Below the pieces are notes generated by a model. It had not been told where the DNA came from. It did no database searches and saw nothing but the letters and a program-made list of their open reading frames with translations. A program made the position numbers and the translations under genes. A stretch of 64,000 bases of DNA from Schizochytrium sp. TIO01 (taxonomy: Eukaryota > Protista > Bigyra: Labyrinthulomycetes). The number at the start of each line of letters is the position of its first letter. Within the stretch, counting starts at the first letter, position 1. Shown here piece by piece: positions 33,500 through 45,290 of this stretch. The stretch is from positions 8,600,761 to 8,664,760 of the forward strand of contig SMSO01000031.1 of NCBI GenBank assembly GCA_004764695.1, read 5' to 3'.

Positions 33500-35300
33500 A
33501 AGCTTCCCCCAGACAAGCCAGCCATTTTTTTTGAAAGGAGAAGCAAGCAATCTCCAAGAGCATAGGTACCCAGTAGGTATGAGCTCTCCTTCAGACCACT
33601 TCGTTATAACATCTTCTTTAAGGGGTACAATAGCGAAAGCTGAGAAATACTTTTACAGCTTCCATGGTACACTTTACCTTCTCCAAACACCTATCGACCA
33701 CCTCTTACTCGAACTTAAATTCTGTGCTGCTGGACTTGTGCTTCTCTGATGAGAGTCTTATGACTTCCGATTATTAGATTGTCGGAAAGGCGGAGGAGGG
33801 TACTAAGTGCACACCGTTTGAGTGATCCGTTGGAATTTGTTTTTACATTATGCGACTTTCCCACAAAGTTGATTGTGTTCTACTATTAGTATTGACTGAG
33901 TAAGCTACCCAATGCATGAGGCAACGATGTGATCGAGCATGCAATGCAATTATAGTATACGAAACCTGCATATGCCAAAGTACTAGGTATTTTGAGCTAG
34001 TACAAAAACAGTTTTGTCAACGTCTTCAGTACTTCCCACGAAATAGAGCTAATCCCCGCTGTAAACGGCAAAAAGACATTGAACATCTTACCGCGATGGC
34101 TGGCTAGCAACCCGCCCCACAAAGGTAGCGCTGGTTATTTATCTGCTAGGTAATCTCCAAAATATGGTGGGTCTACGTATGCAAGGGCGAGCAAGTTTTA
34201 TAGGTAGAAACGATTATTAAAGTTGTACTAGTCTATCTATTAGTATTTTACTTAGTATCCTGAACATTAATTGGTGTTAGCCATTAGTTGACGCAGAGAG
34301 GGGCGAAACGATATTCCAGGTAAATGTGAAACTTGATGATTCTCAATAGTTTGAAAGCTATCTTTTAAAATTACTACACATCATTGGCCTGTGAAGAGCT
34401 TTGGTTTAATGGCGCACAGAAAGGGAGAACCTTGCTTAGTTCATCATCCACACGATAGTTAGATACAAAAAAGTTGATTTTAGTCAAAGGTTTTAAACAA
34501 AGTGACCAGGATTCAAAAATATGGATTCTGTGTATTTGTGTGACAGAGCCCCGCGGCGAAGTAAAGACACTTAATCGCAGTGAATGGTGCCGTGAACTTT
34601 ACTTGAGAAACCGTTGTAAAGAACATAGCTTAGAGTTGTAACCGAGACATAGACGTAGCTGATCCTGCAAAGGTAGTGGAGAATTGAGCGTCAAGCAAAG
34701 AAGAAGTCATAGCAAAAAACTTAATAAATTAAAGCAAAGATTTAAACGTAGCTCAAGTTTTTGTCCTTTATCTATGTATGCTGCAGCAATGTACTTGCTG
34801 GCATCCTTGTTAGGTATCACGGAAAAGATTCTTCCAGACAGCCCTTCTCTGAGTTTGTAGTTTTGATCTTAGACAGTAGCTTGCTTTTCACACTGTGGAC
34901 CAGGCTTTCTCAAGCTTGGTGCACATATTTGGTGGGTATCCTAGTGAGATATCATTTGCAAGCCAACGTGGGTTTTGATTTTGAATTTCCAAATCGCAAC
35001 AAAAGCAGTTCTTCGCAAGTTCCACTCTATCGTACTTGAGCAGCTCGAGTCTTCCTAGAAAGTGCAGTATACTCCGAAGTGTCTTTTGAAAGACATTTGG
35101 CAAGATTCTCACTTATTTTGCTCACGTATTGCCCCTAAGGCCCCTAAGAGAAATCAAGTACCATCTCAATTGTTGGATAGTTACTTGCATTACTTTCTCG
35201 TTTTCCGGAAAGACCAATTCACTTGTTCAAAACTTTCATATCTTTGTAGAGGGTACAAGCGGCACAATGTAAATCTATAGATGAGTTTATCCATGAATTA
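33500..35300 (-). pseudogene. Possible heavily decayed repeat-protein (ankyrin-like) gene
   Basis: Fragments such as LGRLELLKY and KGCLEE..YL in broken frames, plus a 135-bp-period internal repeat; many stops and frameshifts. Confidence 0.25.
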
Positions 35301-35459
35301 TATTTAGCTGCACTCGGCATCAGCAATATCTCTATCTCTATCTTCTAATGGCTCTTGAGATAGGCTAAATTAAGACACGCTTAAACACTCACTTTTCACG
35401 TGCTGCATAAAAGATTTGACTCCGCACAATATCACCACAACGAAAAGCATGTGACGTGC

Positions 35460-36230
35460 GTATATACACTTAATCTGCTGCGCAATAAGCTAGGATTTGT
35501 ATAGCATTTGTAGTACCACCCTAGATAATATGTAACTATACTCTGCACGTGCTGCACACAATCTTAGCTGCGTATATGAAAATGTTATTGTTCATACTCA
35601 AAAAATGCATGCTTACGCACTTATTAAATCATCCGTGATAGCTATAATTATGATCACCCGTATGCTATCTAGACTCGACACAACGATCTTAGAGTGCTAA
35701 ATTCGACTGTCGTATGTGCTACGTTGCAAGAATATGTGCTGTTGAACTCTACCTTACTAAAAAACGTTTAGTACTTCGCCATCAGATGAATACATTGCAT
35801 TTTAACTCTCATGCTCTTCCCTATGCTTTCTATCTATCTAATGGATATATATGCACTTAATCTGCTGCGTAATAAGCTAGGATTTGTATAGCATTTGTAG
35901 TACCACCCTAGATAATATGTAACTATACTCTGCACGTGCTGCACACAATCTTAGCTGCGTATATGAAATGTTATTGTTCATACTCAAAAATGCATGCTTA
36001 CGCACTTATTAAATCATTCATCCGTGGTAGCTATGATTATGATCACCCGTATGCTATCTAGACTCGACACAACAATCCTAGAGTGCTAAATTCGACTGTC
36101 GTATGTGCTACGTTGCAAGAATATGTGCTGTTGAACTCTACCTTACTAAAAAACGTTTAGTACTTCGTCATCAGATGAATACATTGCGTCTTAACTCTCA
36201 TGCTCTTCCCTATGTTTTCTAACTATTTAA
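35460..36230. repeat. Tandem duplication, two near-identical copies of a ~387-bp unit
   Basis: TAATCTGCTGCG..AATAAGCTAGGATTTG starts at 35471 and 35858; the copies align end to end with few substitutions and small indels. Confidence 0.97.
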
Positions 36231-37739
36231 CTGATATGGTATAGTAGGTATAACACTTCACAAATCACAGCTCTTGAGTTGAAGTTTCTGCGGCACTTGC
36301 ACGAGTGTCCACGGTGTAGGACATAATGCCCGTAGATAGCCTGGAGATAGATTGATTACCAGAATTTTCAAGAGGCATTAAAGTGTTTTCGTACTCGTAC
36401 GACAGCGCGTGCAAGCATACAGAGTCACTAGTACTACTGCTCTTCAGCTCGTAAGACTCGAGCAACGCGCTTTCTACAACCACAACTACAAAAGCGCAGT
36501 ATCTTATCATCTCGTTCTGACACATACAGTAGTTTGTCATTTGCGGAAAATCTCCCTGGTCTTCAAAACTGGTTAAGTTACTGACATCTCAGAAACATTG
36601 AATAGCCATAATTTAGAGGTACAGTGCGGTTCCCCCCTTTCTCCCAAGTTTTTACACAGAACCCCTGCGGCCTTCTTGCTTTTTTACTTTTTCCGGTCTC
36701 TCCACAATAATAACTCCAGCTTCATAATCAAGCTTCCATCTTAATTCCACTTGAAATAAGTTGCGTTGTAGAAACTATTAAAGTAGAGTTAAGCTTCTGA
36801 TCTTTGGTTGGACCAACGGAAAAAAATCACATTGACTTTTTTTCTTTCTTTCTTCAATACTTCAGTGTTCATGGTTATGCTTCGCAAAACGAGATCCTTA
36901 AAGAAAAAGCAGCATAACCAGGCTCGTTACTCTTTCTCTGTCTTAATCGCTGTCTTTGGAAATTATCTCAACATTGATCTGTACTCTAATAAGTATTCTA
37001 ACCAAGTAAAGAATAGGTCATAATTTTAGCTGATTATTTCATCTACGTATTTACTCTTTATCAGGCTAGTACGTAGCACGCTCGCTTGTACACCAGACCA
37101 TGCGTGCAATGCTCCTTTCTATGCTGACCTGCTACCAGCAATACTTCTCACACCAGAAAGAGTCTACAGCACACCACCATGTCCTTCGCAAGAGAAACTG
37201 TATTGCATTTCTTAGCTATTTTCTATATTTGTGGCCAAAGTTACCACGTGTTTGCAAATTCACAGGAAGTAGCCATCGAAGTAGCCCATGCCGGCCCCGA
37301 GTTTCTTCGTCCTGAGAGCTACATATGTTCATGCACAAAAAAGCATGGGCACCAACACGAAAACAACCGTGACTGAGCTGCATTTTGAGGTATATCATGA
37401 TCGAAAGCATCCTTACCTTTTAATAAAAAAGAATAATGCTAATGAGGCACATCTGCCATGCTGACGTGAGCTCAAAAAAATAAACGCGCGGGGGGAGGGA
37501 GAGAACGTAGGAGGGAACAGGCGACTACTTTTCCTCACAAAAACATTGTGTAATGCTAGTCTAGGCCTACATGTAGAATAAGAATAAGAATAGATCAATG
37601 AAATCCTGTTTTGTTAAAGTTAAGTTAAGAAATTAAAATTTAAACTAATCAAAGCTCCAGTACCTCTTTCCCGTCTATAAAACTATCTAGGGCCTACCTA
37701 TCTCCATACTGGGTGGTCGAATGGGCTTCAGCTTTTACA

Positions 37740-37928
37740 CAACTTGCTAACAGAATTTCAACTCATTGCCCCTGGCTTGTGAGAGTGAGTGGCCAATCAA
37801 TCCCTAAGCCGGATCAATCCTGTACCTTTGGTTTGGTACCTGGTAGTAATAAGTGATTTCCTTGGCTTAGGTTTCAATCCAACTTGCTAACAGGATTTTA
37901 ACTCACTGCCTTTGACTTTCAGAGTGAG
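37740..37928. repeat. Imperfect ~49-bp direct repeat, period 140 bp
   Basis: CAACTTGCTAACAGAATTTCAACTCATTGCC...AGAGTGAG (37740) versus CAACTTGCTAACAGGATTTTAACTCACTGCC...AGAGTGAG (37880). Confidence 0.85.
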
Positions 37929-38086
37929 GTAGAACCTAGTAAATAGAAGCTAGAAGTGTACAATTTAGCTTTCTCAGAAAGCTACTTGGCAGAGCCTGGT
38001 GTTCTCAAGCTTGTACCTATTACATGTATAGCTTATAAGAGTACAATATGCTTTTGTGTTTATTATAGTTAGTTAGTACATAGTCG

Positions 38087-39806
38087 ATGGACGTTCGCGC
38101 GTGCGGACAACTTGGAGATGGCAATGTGCTTCCCTTTCGAGGCTTGGCTTCAAAAGCGAGCGAAGGCATACGATGCATACAAGATTGCTCAATCATGAGC
38201 TTGGAGGACGAATCCGAGGGCTTTGATGGCTCAGATAGCCTCGCTGAGATTTTGCAGCTGCCCGAGGCGGAGTTCACGAGCGAGAGCATCTTTCTCACCA
38301 GGGAGACCTTCCGTTCGGACGTCTTGTCAAACCACGAAGACCAGCACTCCAGCAGCAAGAGCAATGATTTTAATGATGAAGAGAATGGTGAAAAGGGCAA
38401 TAACAGCGACAAGGCCGACGGCAACGATGGCAACGATGGCAACGATGGCAACTGCAGAAACGCTAGCTTTTATACCAGAAGCCCTCAAGAAGACTCCCCC
38501 TCAGAAGGCGAGTCCAGAGCTCAGAAGGACTTTGAGTTAACAGATGCTCGTGCTTCGGGAGCACAAATGGCTAATTCTGTCAAGAAGACAAAAGCCGAAC
38601 TTGCCGCAAGCTCCATGCTTAATGGGGTTTGGGGGGGAGATGCACAGGATCAGGACGAGCGTGAAGAGCGAGGCGAGACTGGGTCGAACCGAGGTAATAC
38701 TGCATCTACATTGAAGCGGAGTGCTCACGAAGCAAGTCTACGCCAACGCAATGAAGAGCTCGAACTTAGTCGTGAGCTGTACTTACGCCGCATTGCCGAA
38801 TTGCAACTTGAAGTCAATGCGCTTCGTTCGCAAGGGATGGTTGACCTACGGAAAGAAAACAAACTATTGCGAATCGAGATTTTCAAGCACAAGACCTTTC
38901 TCTCAAGAATGCTGGAACTTTCCCAAAACGTGCCATATCCACAGCACGGAGACAATATTCTGCACTTGCAAGAGATTCGTAGACAGTGCAATCTCGCAAA
39001 TCTCAAGCTTGGCCCATTTGTCTACGAAATGGAGCAAACTCCATACTGTGCAAGGCGGAGATGACCTTGCGCTTGATATGCAAGTTTATGTGGACAGCTA
39101 TCCAAAGAACGTCGAGATAGGCTCTATTAGGCGCATCAATCTCCGAAACGAAATTATTGGTGTTCCTCTCACAGCAGAAAATCTACATAAATGCATGGCT
39201 ACATTCTGGACCAATGAAGAAAAGCTTCGGCAGGTGCATGCTACAGCTGTTTCTGATGGACAAGTAACCTACCACAAACTTCATTTAGATATCCCAGGCC
39301 TCTCTGAGGCAATGGAGTCTCTACAGTCAAGCAAGATAAAAGTTGCAAGCTTCGAAGAACAAGAAAGGGGGGAAATTAATCTCAAGTTCACAACTACAGC
39401 ATGCGAGACAAAACGTGAGTTTGCGCCTCGCATTTTGCTTGGGCACTGTTCTGGTGAGGTGTCCAATGAAATTCGTGCTCTTGATGGTAATCACCTTCAA
39501 AGCTGCTATGTTTTTGCTTCGACAACTTGTGACCAAGAGTTTTCAGAAGTAGGCCTTCAAACAAGCCATACTCTGAAATCAAAATTTATTAGTGGACACA
39601 TTATTTTTCCAAGCACGAATGATCCCCAGTCCTCACATATGCTAATGTTCTTTTCCGTGCCAATCGGGGGATTCTCTTTTCTGTCTTCGCCGCATGATTG
39701 CTTTGAGAAAGATGGCTCTTTTACACCATTATTCGAGCAAAGTTTTGCAGCTCAGCTTAGTATTATCTCCCTTGAGATCCAGAATTTCAGCGGGGAGAAA
39801 TCATGA
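38087..39806 (+). CDS. Coiled-coil/leucine-zipper protein with C-terminal START-like domain; apparent frameshift at ~38930-38945 (likely start ATG 38195)
   Basis: Frame 1: acidic disordered N-terminus, then LRQRNEELELSRELYLRRIAELQLEVNALR...LRKENKLLRIEI. Frame 2 (ORF 38721-39806) becomes protein-like from STETIFCTCKRFVDSAISQI and ends with CYVFAST and FISGHIIFPSTNDPQSSHMLMFFSVPIGG. Confidence 0.65.
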
Positions 39807-42800
39807 ATTGATGTTTCAAGTTGCAAGATTGATTGTCTGCAACATATTGATTCAAATTGTTCTGATCATAAGGTAATACGTCTTGCAAGCATTATTTTTA
39901 GATACACAACGTCCAGCTGTGCTCTGGGTTTAGCTTTCAAATATACAAGTTCGCCTCCTTCAAGACTGATTGCATTTCAACCTAACATTTTTCTGATTTC
40001 GGGATATCCCATTACTAATATACTCGAACATACGATCAGTATTCTCATATATGCGACCGCCGCTTAAGATGCCTTCATCTGTGTTTGTAAATAGTACGCG
40101 AATATTACTAGCTTGAAGGACACACAAGATAGATAATTTTTGTTCTACTCCCTCCACACAAGAGACTACAAACAGTGCTCGTATTGGTGCGAAAGTTTGA
40201 ATCAAATTGCAAAGTAATTTTGTTAGTAGGTACATTCGATTTGTTTTCGTATTCGTTTTCAGTTGGTTAAGTTGGGTGATATTCATCAATTTAAAAAATT
40301 AAAAAAAGTCTCCACTGAATTTTCTCCATGTGTTGGGTCATCTGAGCCTTGGTGGCACCAAGTTTGGATTGAGCCCGGACCTTTTCGTTGACGATGAAAT
40401 TTTGCAATGACACATCTGCTGAGACCTCCAACCGAAGGAACTATAGGACAAGACATTGCTAGGGTTCTTGGCGTTCCTTTGTGAAACCCTCGTAGACATA
40501 GGGCTTACAATAGCGCAAGAGTAGTCAGCTAGATTCGTGTGGCTGCCAGAGTCAAGAATCAAAAGTGTAACTACGCATTAACTAAATCCAATCATGGTGT
40601 AACTTGAATCGATGATTGAAGTTGCTGAGTTAACCTAACCCTATCGATTATCTCTATCTAACACCTTTCAAGGATATCTTAGCCTACTTAATTACTTCAT
40701 GAATCTATCTGTCCCGGAATGCATTCTCCACGACAGCAGTTCGCTAACTCTTAAATCAACCTTCTTAAAGCACCTCCATCAAGACCCTTGCCTTCATCTT
40801 TACAGTCAACCTCAAGCTGACTAGAATCATTTTCAGCAACATCACAATGCACACTGCGATAAAACGTATATTATCATCTTCAAGAGATCCTTGATATCTT
40901 TATATCCAATGACGCTACGCTGAATTCGAGAGATGTCGCGAACATGTCGCACTAAACTCCTTCACTGGTAGAGATCATAGCTGGAGGTGCAATATTTACT
41001 GTTCTCTCGAAACCAATTTCTTTATGTTGACGCAAACTATATGCCTCTCCTAGATGAGTCTCAATCTGCAATTTCACTTGGTTTATAGTGAAGGCAAGCC
41101 TGGCTAACGCAAGAGTACTGGTTTCATATGATGCTTGAGCGTCCTTCTTTTCTATTTCAGTGAAAGTACAGATATCCTTATACTTGTTAGAATATTTGTT
41201 CAATGTTGAAAAGCTACGTAAGATTTCAACATGTTGTCTTTGAGAAAAAGTGCAAATTAGATACAATTCCATAGACGAGAGAAATCTTCGTCCAGCTGTA
41301 TCCCTGACTACTATATCATAGATGTAGCTTCCTTTTTTTTTTTTTTTTCATTCCTTCTCATGGAATATCTTCCCTCCTCCGTCCGATCACTTCTTTCGTT
41401 TATTTTGTCGTGCTTCGTCTACCTCGCTAACTTATTCCTTTGAGATTTGCAAGTGCATGCAAGTTCGTTTCAGATTCTACTACTCTCAATCTCAACTCAA
41501 CTTCACATGCTCTTCTTCTCTCGAAGTCTCTTTCTAATGAGCTTTTACGTAGACTCCTAAATCACCAAGTTCACTGCGTCATGAATTATTTTCCTTTTCC
41601 TTCTTATCCTATTGAAAACACCAAAGCTCAACGAGGGAGAGAAAAACAAGCAAATCCTAACCCCTCTAATGGATCTCCATTTTACTTTGATGGTTAAAGC
41701 GTTACAAAGCCTTTTGATCAATGCATAGAAAATGGCTATCCAACGTTTGTATGTGATCGTATAATGACCAATCCACCCTCCCCTGCCTTGAGATACCAAA
41801 ACTTTATCGGTACTGCCAGACTACCCAACCCTCCTTACGAGCACTAAGCCCTTCAAGCCTACTCGCCATCGCATATCTCTTTTCATCGACATGAACCTCA
41901 AGAAAATAAAGTTTGTAAAGAGAGGGGGTTGCAGACCGTGGATGTGTTGTATTCATTGAACGTGTCATGCAAGAGTGCACGCGACCTCAGTATGGCCCAT
42001 TAAGCACCCTGTTATAATCTTAATTAATAGAGAGCTGTGTGGGCAAGGTGACGCGTTACCTCATGATTTGTATTGTATCTTCGTCCACGATACGGTAATC
42101 TTCGACAGCTTGTTTGGTAGTTGAGAGCCACGTTTTATTGTTCACTGACCTGTACGCTAGAACCCAAAACAGCAATCCACAAATAGTTCCTGGACCAGCT
42201 AGTCCTTCAAAGTTTTTTGATCATCAGGAAAGTTCAGCCCATACATTCGCCTTCAATCAAACCTCACACGTGATTGCTCTTAATGACAGTTTTCACTCCT
42301 TTGGATACAGTTTGATTCAATGTAAGGGTGTCGTGGCCAGCCTATTTTTGCTACCAATGCATTCTCCGGTCAGCTAACTCATGAAGAGACCACCGTGGCT
42401 CTGAAATTAAAGTCCGCTCTCAGTAGCCCGAGGTGCCCAAGTAAATCTATAAATGCTAACAACTCAAGTCATACTCATACTCAAACAATGTCTTTCCGTA
42501 GGACTATTACCCAAGTATCTCCCCTTCCTATGCCCTTATGGTCATGGCAACGAAGAAAGAGTATTTATTTCTACACGGCTAGTTTGCTATTCGCTTGGTA
42601 GCCAGCCAGCCCGCCAGCCCGCCAGCTTTGCTTCGAGTTGAGTGTTACCTGGAAGCCCATCCTCTGACTAGCCTCATGGGCGTGGCTAGCTAGCTAGGTA
42701 GTCAGGTACTTGGCCTTCCTACCTTGTGATCAAACCAGCCAATCCAAGAAAGAAGCGCCATCATTTGTGTGCTTTGCATGCTGGAGTATGTGTACCTGCC

Positions 42801-45234
42801 TATCTACCTGCCTACCTAGTACGGCGCTAGCTTTCTTTCGCACAGCCCCTTCCTACTGCCCCATGTCCAATTGGACGATTCCGGGTCTTTGCGTTAGTAA
42901 ATTCCGGGCACTTCCATCGCCGGCATAGCATTCTTCAAGCGCAGGTCCTCTGCCATGAAAAGAATGAGCGAACATCACCGCCGTCCAGCGACTCCTCATG
43001 CACACTGCCTGCGACTTTTTCATTCCGTCAGCCAGAGCTTTTGCTAATTCGCTTGAGCGTATCATTTAGAGATTGCCGCATCGTCCTTTCCGCAGATAGC
43101 TAGCTAGTTGGTCTGCCTGTGCTGCATACCGTTCGCACGGGGTAGGTGCGATGCTTTGCTTTTCTTCAGCGCTATGGCCATCAAGGCCACGAGGTCACCA
43201 TCGTTGCAGCGAGCACACGCGAACAAGTCAACATGAGCGAGGTTTAATTGCAAAACATCACCATCATCACCACCATCAACAGCAGCAGAGCTAAAAGAAG
43301 AGGCAGTGCTTGATTTGCTCCATTCGAGCATTTATACCAAAAGTAAAGTCTGGAAGTTGTAGCCGGCTGGCCCTCATGGCGCCGCTTTTGAGTGCTACCA
43401 TTGTCTCGGGCGGCGAGCAAGCTTTCAAGCAAGCTTTCAAGCAAAGCAAGCAATCAAATATATTAAGCAAGCAAGCAAGTAATCAAACAAGCAATCCTGC
43501 AAGCAGCCAATCGCAGTCTATCTTGAGGCTAATGCAGATAGATCGACCACAACACAACGCCATCGTTCTTGTCAGATCCAACTTACCCGGTCACATCCGA
43601 CCAGAGGCGCCATTTGGAAGCAGCGCCGCCTTCCAGGGTGGTCCACTAGCCCACATCTACCAGAAACTGTAACAGTCCCACCGAAGACGGAGTCTGTTTA
43701 ATTTTCGTGGCGCAGAAGAATCCGAAGGATCTCAACAACCTCGAGCAGAGCTCTTCAGTCTCTTGCGCGGCTTCTCGTCCGCAAGGGCTGCCGCTCCTGC
43801 GTCCAGGATTAGAACCCTTGCCCGATGGAGCTCGCCTCTGGGCTCCTGGGTTCCTGGCGGTCGGGTTTCTTCAAGAGGCTGGTGTTCGTTTCTTGCGCTC
43901 GCCGTCTTCCTTGAATGATCGATCCTGGCGGTTCCCTCCCTCCTCCACTCCTCCACTTCTCCACTCCGCTGCGATGGCTGCGCTGCTGCGCCAGCCGGAG
44001 CCCTCGAGACGCACGACGGGGATCCTTACGGCCTCGCGCCTTGCCAAGGCCCAGTTGCTGCGCTCGCCAAGTCGGGATCCTCGTCTTCGTTTTGGCTCAT
44101 CATTCCTTTCACCCATCGATCTCCGAAGCAGCCGCAGCCGCAGCCAAGCCCGCTCGAGAGGCTCGCGCCCAATGCTCGCAGGAGGCCGGGTACTCTTCAG
44201 GTCGCCGCCGCAGCCTCGGGCCTCGGTTCTCTTCCCCTCTCGGCCTCCATCGTTCTTTCATGGCATTATTGGCGTCGTCGTTGTTCTCGTTCGATTTTGA
44301 CGGCGATTGCTCTTCACTCTATTAATCGTACGTAATATGTAATGCTGCGCACACACCATTCATGAGCTACGCTCTGGTTGGCGCAGATATCGATAGATAC
44401 CTTTTGCGGCTGCTCTGCCGACCTATTGGGCCCTGCGCTCTGCGGCCGGAGTCGTCCTGCCTTGCCTTGCCTTGAGCTTTCCCAGCTCAGAGGATCGATT
44501 GATTCTATTCATGTATCTTCGGAGCTGATTTATTCGCAGCTTTATTTACTTATTAATTTATTAATTAATTTATTAATTAATTAATTTATTAAATTAATTT
44601 ATATATTTGTTTAATTAAAAAGCTAAAATTAAAATCAAAATCAAAACTCAATCAATATGAAAATGAAACTGAACTGAATTTGGTATTCTGTTACTCTACA
44701 GTATATCATGAATAAGTCAATTGAACTGCAAATACAGTTTAAACAATAAATAAGTAATCAAATAAATAAAAAATCAGTGGGAGACCTGAGAATTTAATAA
44801 GCAATAACAATACCAATAACAATAATAACAACAATCATAAAAGATTGACCGCGAACTTTTCGTCCCTCCCAAACGAAGCTTGAGATCATCATCGCAGGTC
44901 GAAGGATCGCCTTCGCAGCGCCTCAACAGTTGAGAGGCGCATGGATGGATGGATGGATGGATGGATACCGGTGCGCTTTCTCCCTCTCGACTTCTTCGCA
45001 TTAACGCGCGATCTTCTTCTCAAGAAAGGGCGTCTTTAGCTTTCTTTCTATGGTTCAAGTGGGATCCGGGAAACCGATGCTTTGCTTTTCTTTCTTTCTT
45101 TCTTTCTTTCTTTCTTTCATTCTTTCATTCATTCTTAAGCAAAGCAAAGAAAGATACGTATGCATAAACAGTTGAAAAGGACCCTTTTGTGATTACGAGT
45201 TATTCGTTGATTCACTGATTCACTGATTCATGGA

Positions 45235-45290
45235 TTCATTGCGTTATTGATTCATTGCGTTATTGATTTATTGCGTTATTGATTTATTGC
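45235..45290. repeat. 16-bp tandem repeat (TTCATTGCGTTATTGA) x~3.5
   Basis: Direct reading. Confidence 0.9.

Noticed and set aside
40745-40860. Minus-strand fragment VHCDVAENDSSQLEVDCKDEGKGLDGGALRR resembling HECT or 2OG-Fe(II) oxygenase motifs
   Set aside because: Too short, bounded by stops and equally compatible with two unrelated families.
36945-41275. Weak inverted similarity (TCAACATTGA...TATTCTAAC) at ~36965-37015 and ~41175-41212 as transposon ends
   Set aside because: Short, AT-rich, needs a 12-nt gap; no TSD or transposase.
43707-44325. GC-rich overlapping ORFs (197 aa and 136 aa)
   Set aside because: Low-complexity R/S/P content expected from GC richness; no frame stands out as coding.
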